Origin: Candidatus Multivoradales bacterium
GTDB taxonomy: Bacteria > Acidobacteriota > Thermoanaerobaculia > Multivoradales > JAHEKO01
Length of the DNA: 64,000 nucleotides
Assembly (NCBI GenBank): GCA_965248055.1
Contig: CBDFIJ010000004.1
Coordinates: forward strand, 2,688,001-2,752,000
Direction of reading: 5' to 3'
This document shows positions 57,418 to 64,000 of this stretch, in pieces. The notes under the pieces are model-generated. The model was not told the DNA's origin, did not search any database, and saw nothing but the letters and a program-made list of their open reading frames with translations. Numbering within the stretch: position 1 is the stretch's first letter; each line of letters begins with the position of its first letter. The translations under genes and the position numbers were made by a program.

Positions 57418-58758
57418 TTGCGCAAGATTTTGATTGCTAACCGGGGTGAGATCGCTCTGCGAATCCTCCACGCCTGTCGCGAGTTGGGAATTCCAACGGT
57501 GGCGGTCTACAGCACCGCAGACGCCGATAGTTTGCACGTAACCTATGCCGACGAGGAAGTGTGCATCGGTCCTCCTGCGGCCACTGACAGTTATCTCAAT
57601 AAGTCGGCAATCATTTCAGCAGCAGAGATTACTGGGGCCGACGCGGTGCATCCTGGGTACGGTTTCTTGGCCGAGAACGCTGAGTTCGCTGAGATGCTCG
57701 CTGAGTGTGGCATCGCCTGGATCGGCCCCAACGCGAGCGCGATCCGTTCCTTGGGTGACAAAGCCAAGGCGCGGGAGATGGCGCGAGCAGCAGGGGTCCC
57801 GGTGCTGCCGGGCAGTAGCGAGCCACTATCGGGTCCAGAGGAAGCGTTGCGGGTCGCCGAGGGCGTAGGCTACCCGGTGATCTTGAAGGCGTCCGCCGGG
57901 GGTGGTGGTCGGGGAATGCGGATTGTTCGGGAGCCGGATGCGTTGGCGACCCAGTTTGCCACTGCCAGTGAGGAAGCCGCGGGAGCCTTCGGCAACGCTG
58001 ATCTCTACCTAGAGAAGTATCTCGACGAGCCACGCCACATCGAATTTCAGATTTTTGCCGACGGTCATGGTAACTGTGTTCATTTGGGCGAACGCGAGTG
58101 TTCGATTCAGCGGCGCCACCAGAAGCTGATTGAAGAGTCGCCGTCGCCGATCGTGAACCAATCGCTAAGGCAAGAGATGGGCGATGCTGCGGTCCGTTTG
58201 GCGCTTGCGGCCGGGTACGAGAACGCCGGAACCGTGGAGTTTCTGCTCGATCAAGATGGTTCGTTCTACTTCATGGAGATGAACACCAGGATTCAGGTGG
58301 AGCATCCGGTGACCGAGTTGGTGACCGCAACGGACTTGGTCAAGGCACAGATCCGCGTAGCCCGCGGTGAGGAGCTTCCGTTTGGCACCATCGAAACCAA
58401 AGGCCATGCGATCGAGTGTCGAATCAACGCCGAGGATCCAGTTCATTTCCGACCTTCTCCAGGCAAGATCACGACCTATCACCCTCCCGGAGGCCCCGGC
58501 ATCCGCATAGACACCCACGTCTATGAAGACTACGTGGTGCCACCCTACTACGACTCGTTGATTGCCAAAGTGATCGCTCACGGAGAAACACGCGACGAAG
58601 CGCGCCGTCGCATGCTGCGCGCTCTAGATTTCTTCGTCGTTGAGGGGATAGAGACGTCGATCGATCTTCATCGTCGGGTCTTAGTCGATCCCAAGTTTGT
58701 TGCAGGGCAGCTTTCCACTCGATTTATGGAGCGGTTTCTGGAGTCCAACGCAAGCTAG
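57418..58758 (+). CDS. accC: Acetyl-CoA carboxylase biotin carboxylase
   Basis: [40 protein letters not shown] and [10 protein letters not shown]. Start placed at TTG 57418. Confidence 0.97.
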   Translation: MRKILIANRGEIALRILHACRELGIPTVAVYSTADADSLHVTYADEEVCIGPPAATDSYLNKSAIISAAEITGADAVHPGYGFLAENAEFAEMLAECGIAWIGPNASAIRSLGDKAKAREMARAAGVPVLPGSSEPLSGPEEALRVAEGVGYPVILKASAGGGGRGMRIVREPDALATQFATASEEAAGAFGNADLYLEKYLDEPRHIEFQIFADGHGNCVHLGERECSIQRRHQKLIEESPSPIVNQSLRQEMGDAAVRLALAAGYENAGTVEFLLDQDGSFYFMEMNTRIQVEHPVTELVTATDLVKAQIRVARGEELPFGTIETKGHAIECRINAEDPVHFRPSPGKITTYHPPGGPGIRIDTHVYEDYVVPPYYDSLIAKVIAHGETRDEARRRMLRALDFFVVEGIETSIDLHRRVLVDPKFVAGQLSTRFMERFLESNAS

Positions 58759-58781
58759 GGATTTGCGGGGGGGAGATTTGG

Positions 58782-59915
58782 GTGACGGTTCCTCGGATTT
58801 ACGCGATTGCCGACGCTGCTTGTTGGGCTCCTCGGGAACTTCCGAGCGTCGTTGAGGAGCTTGCCTACGCTGGCTGGCCGTGGGTTCAAGTGCGAGACAA
58901 GAGCGCCTCAGATCGTCAGTTACTCCGGATAGCCGAGGCGTGCATGGAAGCGGTAGCCGGGACAGATACCCGGCTGTGGATCAATGATCGCGCCGACATC
59001 GCTGCGATGGTCGGTGCCTATGGGGTGCATTTGGGCAATGACGACCCGCCTCCCGGCGTGATTCGGCAGGGGTTTCCGAATCTACGTATCGGTCGCTCCA
59101 CGGACCACGCCTTGACGGTCGGTGAAGCGGACCAGGACCCAAACGTCGACCTGGTAGCTTTCGGTCCGGTGTTCTCGACTGAGACCAAGAAGGGTGCCCC
59201 TAAAGCTCGGGGTATTGAAGCATTGGACCAGGCTCGTGATTGGACCGACAAACCGATGGTTGCGATCGGCGGTATCGAAGAGTTTTCGATTCCGGATTTG
59301 CGTTGGGCGGGAGCCAATGTGGTTGCGGTGGCGGCGGCCATCGCAGTGAGCCCTAAGGTGGTGCAAGATTGGGTTTCGCGGTACGCTGAGCCAGAAAGCA
59401 CAACCGAGCCAAGGGTGTACTTGACCGGATTCATGGCCGCTGGCAAGAGTTGCATCGGTCGCCGAATAGCAGCGGTGTTGGGTTGGGGCTTTTGCGATCT
59501 AGATACGGTAGTGCGGCTGAGAGCCAAGATGACGGTTGAAGAGATTTTCTCCCAAGAAGGTGAAATCGGGTTTCGAACTCGAGAGAGTGAAGCTTTGCTG
59601 CAAGTATCCTCCATCAGCAATCGCGTGGTTGCCTGCGGCGGCGGCGTGATCGACTCTTCGGATAATCGCCGAACTCTACGCGACGATGACGGTGTGGTGG
59701 TTTGGTTGGATGTTGACGAGAAGCAGATTGAGAAACGATTGCAAGACAGTTCGACATCCGAACGGCCTTTAGCCACTGAAAATTGGCGGCATCTATTACG
59801 TGACCGACGGCGCCGGTACGCTGAAACAGCCAACGTGGTGGTGCCCGTTCGTCAAGCGGAGCCCGTCCAACAGACCTGTCGCCGGGTATTGGATTCCCTG
59901 GAGCTAGCGTCGTGA
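58782..59915 (+). CDS. thiE-aroK: Thiamine-phosphate synthase / shikimate kinase fusion protein
   Basis: N-terminal ThiE (QVRDK, INDR, GVHLGNDD, GRST, GPVFSTETK, AIGGI) and C-terminal AroK (LTGFMAAGKS, DLD, GEIGFR..E, CGGG, RPL) in one open frame. Confidence 0.88.
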   Translation: MTVPRIYAIADAACWAPRELPSVVEELAYAGWPWVQVRDKSASDRQLLRIAEACMEAVAGTDTRLWINDRADIAAMVGAYGVHLGNDDPPPGVIRQGFPNLRIGRSTDHALTVGEADQDPNVDLVAFGPVFSTETKKGAPKARGIEALDQARDWTDKPMVAIGGIEEFSIPDLRWAGANVVAVAAAIAVSPKVVQDWVSRYAEPESTTEPRVYLTGFMAAGKSCIGRRIAAVLGWGFCDLDTVVRLRAKMTVEEIFSQEGEIGFRTRESEALLQVSSISNRVVACGGGVIDSSDNRRTLRDDDGVVVWLDVDEKQIEKRLQDSSTSERPLATENWRHLLRDRRRRYAETANVVVPVRQAEPVQQTCRRVLDSLELAS

Positions 59916-60661
59916 AGTTTTTGGTGATTTCAGACCTACACGCCAACCTTGAGGCGCTCAACGCGGTGATGGCCGATTGCGAGACCGAATCCTTTGACCA
60001 AATATTGCTGCTGGGCGACCTCATTGGCTACGGCGCCGATCCCAACCCGGTCGTCGATCTGGTGCGTAGCCGGGGTGATTCGGTAACCGTGGTGCGAGGT
60101 AATCACGACAAAGCGGCCATCGGGTTGGAATCGTTGGAATCGTTCAACGTGATGGCTCGGACCGCGGCGGAGTGGACCGGCAAGCAACTGACCACTGCCA
60201 ACGCCGAATTTATTCGGCGCCTGCCACAAGGGCCGGTGGCAGTGACTCCCGAATTCGGAATCTGTCATGGATCACCGTTGGACGAGGATATGTATGTTCT
60301 TGACAGCCGCTCGGCTGGCTTGTCGTTTCGTGCCTCGCAGGCGATGGTGACGCTGTTTGGTCACACCCACGTGCCTTCTTGTTTTGTCGAGACTCGTGAT
60401 CAGCCGTTTCGCTCCAACATCACCTTCCTCAGCATTGAACAATTGCGCATTGAGGCGAGTCGTCGCTACCTGATTAATCCTGGGTCGGTGGGGCAGCCGC
60501 GTGACGGAGATCCTCGGGCCGCCTACATGGTGATCCATTGGGGGGTTGAGCGAGAGGTCGAGTGGCGTCGCGTGGAGTACGATGTTGAAGGTGCTTGTAA
60601 CAAGATCTTTGCCGCGGGCCTGCCGAGAGTTCTAGGTGAGCGCCTACTCAGTGGCCGCTAG
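59912..60661 (+). CDS. Metallophosphoesterase family protein
   Basis: ISDLHAN, GDLIGYG, RGNHD, HGSP, GHTH and NPGSVGQPRDGDPRA. Confidence 0.93.
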   Translation: MKFLVISDLHANLEALNAVMADCETESFDQILLLGDLIGYGADPNPVVDLVRSRGDSVTVVRGNHDKAAIGLESLESFNVMARTAAEWTGKQLTTANAEFIRRLPQGPVAVTPEFGICHGSPLDEDMYVLDSRSAGLSFRASQAMVTLFGHTHVPSCFVETRDQPFRSNITFLSIEQLRIEASRRYLINPGSVGQPRDGDPRAAYMVIHWGVEREVEWRRVEYDVEGACNKIFAAGLPRVLGERLLSGR

Positions 60662-60664
60662 TCG

Positions 60665-60823
60665 ATGAAGACATTCGGTTGGTTTCTTCAGGTCTGTGGG
60701 CTGATCCTGGCTGGCTCCGCACTCGGAGTCGGAATGATTTACGAAGCAGTTCGCTTGGAATTGGCGATGTTAGCCATTGGCGGAGTGTGTTTCTTGACGG
60801 GTCGCTGGTTGTTCGTTCGATGA
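60665..60823 (+). CDS. Small (52 aa) two-TM membrane protein, below the ORF-track cutoff
   Basis: MKTFGWFLQVCGLILAGSALGVGMIYEAVRLELAMLAIGGVCFLTGRWLFVR starts 3 nt after the upstream stop and fills the gap. Confidence 0.65.
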   Translation: MKTFGWFLQVCGLILAGSALGVGMIYEAVRLELAMLAIGGVCFLTGRWLFVR

Positions 60824-60826
60824 GAT

Positions 60827-60852
60827 CGAAACCTTCTGCAGGATAGTGCGTA
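60827..60852 (+). promoter_or_regulatory. ECF (SigW-like) promoter, probably autoregulatory
   Basis: CGAAAC-N16-CGTA, matching the B. subtilis SigW consensus TGAAAC-N16-CGTA; 7 nt before the sigma ATG. Confidence 0.65.
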
Positions 60853-60859
60853 ACTTGAG

Positions 60860-61441
60860 ATGGTGACGGCGCCAAACCTATCGGATGAGGCGCTAGTCGC
60901 CGCGGCAGCAGATGGAGATGAATGGGCCTTTGAACAATTGGTACTTCGGTATCAGGGCCGACTGGTCAACTTCCTCTACCGCAAGGTTGGCAATAGAGAA
61001 ACTGCTCATGACTTGGCTCAAGAAGTATTCGTCAAAGTTTTCGGTGCCTTGGACCGCTTCGATCATCAATATAGGTTCTCGACTTGGTTATTTCGTATTG
61101 GCCAAAACGCGGCGATCGATCGACTACGACGCAAGCGAATTAAGACAGTTGCCCCAGTTTGGCAAGATGATTCAGGCGAGTCCCGTGAGCATGATTTTGA
61201 GTCTGATGGGCCAGATCCCTATGACACCAGTCGCAATTTGGAACGTCGACGCGCGATACGGGAGGCCATATCTACGCTCCCAGAGGAGTATCGGGAGTTG
61301 GTGGAGATGAGACACTACGCCGAACTTTCCTATGGAGAGATTGCCGAGCTGTGCAAAATGCCGCTGGGCACGGTCAAGAACAAGCTGTTTCGTGGTCGAA
61401 ATCTCTTGAAGTCAGCGCTGGCAGATTACTTGGAAGGCTAG
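60860..61441 (+). CDS. ECF RNA polymerase sigma factor (SigW/RpoE-like)
   Basis: AFEQLV..YQ, DLAQEVFVK, FSTWLFRI, LSYGEIAE and GTVKNKLFRGR. Confidence 0.95.
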   Translation: MVTAPNLSDEALVAAAADGDEWAFEQLVLRYQGRLVNFLYRKVGNRETAHDLAQEVFVKVFGALDRFDHQYRFSTWLFRIGQNAAIDRLRRKRIKTVAPVWQDDSGESREHDFESDGPDPYDTSRNLERRRAIREAISTLPEEYRELVEMRHYAELSYGEIAELCKMPLGTVKNKLFRGRNLLKSALADYLEG

Positions 61442-61939
61442 ATGATGAATCGTCCTTGCACAAAATGGTTGGATAGAGACTCGGGATCGAGCACAAGGAG
61501 CTCATCTTGGGATGTTCACATGACCGAGTGTGTCGGTTGTCGCCGCGAGTACGCGTTGGATCAACTTCTTGCTCAGGAGAAAATCGCTACCGCGCCGGGC
61601 TTTTCCGCAGGCGTGATGCGATCGATCGCCGCCAATAACCGTCGATTTGGAATCGCGGCGATCGCGGCAAGTTTGCTGCTCATGATCTCGGCCGGATGGT
61701 TTCTCGCCTCCGCCCCGGCGGCTGGAGTGGGAGGGACCTTAGTAAGTCTGTTTGCAGACGCTCTGACCGTCGGTTGGGGCTGGCTGGGTGCTTCGTGGGT
61801 CGGGCTGCGAACCGCGGTGCGTCCGAACCTTTCGCCACAAACCGTGATCGGACTGGCGTTGATGATGACTGCCTTCAGCATCCTGACTTGGCGTGTCGTT
61901 AGGCGGCGACCCGCGACCTCCAAGCACCGATCAAGATAG
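61442..61939 (+). CDS. Putative zinc-binding (HxxxCxxC) membrane anti-sigma factor
   Basis: HMTECVGC motif and about 3 TM helices; abuts the sigma gene. Confidence 0.75.
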   Translation: MMNRPCTKWLDRDSGSSTRSSSWDVHMTECVGCRREYALDQLLAQEKIATAPGFSAGVMRSIAANNRRFGIAAIAASLLLMISAGWFLASAPAAGVGGTLVSLFADALTVGWGWLGASWVGLRTAVRPNLSPQTVIGLALMMTAFSILTWRVVRRRPATSKHRSR

Positions 61940-61949
61940 TCTCCGCACA

Positions 61950-62840
61950 GTGAGGTTTTTGTTTGCCTGTGCCGTTTTGGTAGCTGGTAGCGCTGGCGCT
62001 GCCGAAGCCCCTGCTTTGGTGCTTCAAGAGGGCAGTGTCGCGCGCAGCGAACTGGTCGCAGTCGGTCGGGATCTGGTCGTTGAGGGCCACGCTCGGGCTG
62101 ATGTTGCGGTGGTTCGAGGCTCGGTCACCGTGCGCGGCCGTGTAGAGGGAGATGTCATCGCTCTGGGCGGTGATGTTTTGTTGTTGTCGACCGCATCGGT
62201 CGGAGGTAACGTTCAGGCTTTGGGTGGGGTGGTGAAATTGGAGCCAGGAGCCAAAGCTTGGGGCCGTGTCGCCGCCTATCCGGGTGCCAATCCGACTCTG
62301 TTGGGATTGATCGATGGCCCTATCATGGCGGATTCGTGGTGGAGTCCTGAGGTGATCGCCCTGAAGCTGGGTTTAATTGCAGCATGGCTCTTGTGGGCAT
62401 CACTGTGCGGCCTATTCCTGCCACGTGCTTTGCGCCGAACAGCACTTGCGTTTACCCGTGGACCGGTTCGCCTGTTCGGAATTGGTGTGGGATTAGTCGC
62501 AACCTCATTTCTACTGATCCTTCTGGCCGTTGCAGTCTTACCGATTGCCGCCTCGTTGCCGCTGGTGTTACTGGCGGTTTTCTTGATCTTTGCACTCAAG
62601 TTGTGGGGCGTCGCCGCCTTGTCTTTGGTGGTGGGAAGGACGTTGGCGAAGAGAATCAAGCGACCCTTGCCGCTCATCTTAGGGCCGCTGTTGGTGGGCG
62701 CCTTGGCGATCAATCTTCTGCGCTTGGTTCCGGTGGTCGGATTTGTTGCTTGGATACTTTTTTCCTTGGTCGCGGTCGGTGCAGCGGCGCTAGATCTCCT
62801 CAGCCAACATCGGCAGTCATGGTCGCCCGAGAGCGGATAG
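61950..62840 (+). CDS. Bactofilin-like beta-helix (polymer-forming) domain plus multi-TM membrane protein
   Basis: Signal peptide; repeats V.G.V..DV....G.V; 4-5 C-terminal TM helices. Confidence 0.72.
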   Translation: MRFLFACAVLVAGSAGAAEAPALVLQEGSVARSELVAVGRDLVVEGHARADVAVVRGSVTVRGRVEGDVIALGGDVLLLSTASVGGNVQALGGVVKLEPGAKAWGRVAAYPGANPTLLGLIDGPIMADSWWSPEVIALKLGLIAAWLLWASLCGLFLPRALRRTALAFTRGPVRLFGIGVGLVATSFLLILLAVAVLPIAASLPLVLLAVFLIFALKLWGVAALSLVVGRTLAKRIKRPLPLILGPLLVGALAINLLRLVPVVGFVAWILFSLVAVGAAALDLLSQHRQSWSPESG

Positions 62841-62922
62841 GATCGAAGTCCTAGGAACGGCAGGTCGGCCTTACAGTCTGCTCGCGGGGCCTGCACAGCC
62901 TGGGTGATAAGGAACAGCGACC

Positions 62923-63780
62923 ATGAGCTATAAGATTAAACAAATTGGAGTCGTCGGGGCAGGAACCATGGGGGCCGGCATCGCACAAGTGGCGTTAACG
63001 GGTGGCTACCAAGCTACTCTGGTGGATGTTGACGCTGAAGCTTTGGATCGCGGTCGATCGAGGATCCTGGCAGGGCTGGGGAAGTCGCTTGAGAAAGAAA
63101 AGCTCACCTCCGATCAAGCCGATCAAGCAACCGACCGGCTAACGACAGCGACCTCTTTGGAAGCGCTGGCCGAGGTTGATTTGGTGATCGAAGCGATCGT
63201 CGAGAAACTGGAAGTCAAGCAGACGGTGTTTCGCGATCTGGATCGAATCGTCAAAGACGGCGGCATCCTGGCCAGCAATACCAGCTCGATCTCGATCACC
63301 AAGCTGGCGGCGTCTACCAACCGGCCACATCAAGTCATTGGTATGCACTTTATGAATCCGGTGCCGTTGATGAAATTGGTTGAGATTATCCGCGGATTGG
63401 CCACTGATCAACAAACCTACGATCAGATTGAACAGGCGACCCGGGCGATGGGGAAGACGCCGGTCGAGGTCAACGATTCGCCTGGGTTTGTTTCCAACCG
63501 AGTCTTGATGCCGATGATCAACGAGGCGGCTTTCTGCCTCTTTGAGGGAGTCGGAGAGCCGGAGGCGATTGACGAGGTGATGCGACTGGGGATGAATCAC
63601 CCACTGGGCCCTCTTGCACTCGCCGACTTGATCGGCCTCGACGTGTGTGTCGATATTCTTCGGGTTCTGCACCGTGAGTTTGCTGATTCAAAGTATCGTC
63701 CCTGTCCACTGTTGGTGAAGTTGGTTGACGCTGGCCGCTTGGGGCGAAAGAGTGGTCACGGTTTTTATCAATACGGCTAG
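62923..63780 (+). CDS. hbd: 3-hydroxybutyryl-CoA dehydrogenase
   Basis: [34 protein letters not shown] and DLIGLD. Confidence 0.93.
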   Translation: MSYKIKQIGVVGAGTMGAGIAQVALTGGYQATLVDVDAEALDRGRSRILAGLGKSLEKEKLTSDQADQATDRLTTATSLEALAEVDLVIEAIVEKLEVKQTVFRDLDRIVKDGGILASNTSSISITKLAASTNRPHQVIGMHFMNPVPLMKLVEIIRGLATDQQTYDQIEQATRAMGKTPVEVNDSPGFVSNRVLMPMINEAAFCLFEGVGEPEAIDEVMRLGMNHPLGPLALADLIGLDVCVDILRVLHREFADSKYRPCPLLVKLVDAGRLGRKSGHGFYQYG

Positions 63781-63784
63781 CTCG

Positions 63785-64000
63785 GTGATCTTCTGTCAAC
63801 ACTGCAGTGCGGAGAACGCGATCGACGAGTCGTCGTGTTCGCGCTGTGGCAAGAAACTATTGGTGATCTCAACCCAGGGTAGGGAAGGCCGGACCGTCAG
63901 TCAGAACCGAGAGGGAGGCACGCTCGAAGAGCACTTAGTGGAGAGGGTCTCTTTGCTAGAAGAAGCCCTGCGAGCGACCGTGGGCGGATTGCAACGGAGC
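63785..64000 (+). CDS. Zinc-ribbon domain protein, partial (runs off the window)
   Basis: MIFCQHCSAEN...CSRCGKKL; the frame stays open to the end of the window. Confidence 0.7.
   Translation, partial: MIFCQHCSAENAIDESSCSRCGKKLLVISTQGREGRTVSQNREGGTLEEHLVERVSLLEEALRATVGGLQRS

Noticed and set aside
1-64000. tRNA, rRNA, prophage or defence-system genes
   Set aside because: None recognised by eye. AddAB and the HD protein look like housekeeping genes in ordinary context. A tRNAscan/DefenseFinder run would be needed to exclude them formally.

Overview
Bacterial chromosomal window, moderately GC-rich by eye. The gene content suggests an Acidobacteriota- or Deltaproteobacteria-like organism, but that is inference only. 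The left end (1-3.2 kb) is a decaying glycosyltransferase locus broken by an IS3-family element. The rest is mostly intact: addAB, a GAF-sigma54 activator, moeA/xdhC, pilT-pilC-pilS-pilR, a split heterodimeric ABC exporter, three-gene pnt, tmk-holB-dsbA, trmB, folK, lolA-tgt-yajC-secD-secF-rel, rpmB, pilMNOPQ followed by uncharacterised lipoproteins and a secretin-less PilQ paralog, accBC, a ThiE-AroK fusion, an ECF sigma/anti-sigma operon and 3-hydroxyacyl-CoA dehydrogenase. The best novel candidates are: (1) an unannotated ~130-nt three-stem-loop RNA with C-rich loops, a sigma54 promoter, enhancer-like palindromes and an intrinsic terminator, directly behind the GAF-sigma54 activator gene (13.33-13.69 kb); (2) the post-pilQ envelope module with a duplicated AMIN-only PilQ N-terminus; (3) the ThiE-AroK fusion and a helix-hairpin-helix-like insert in SecF. 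All calls come from reading motifs by eye; no database searches were run.
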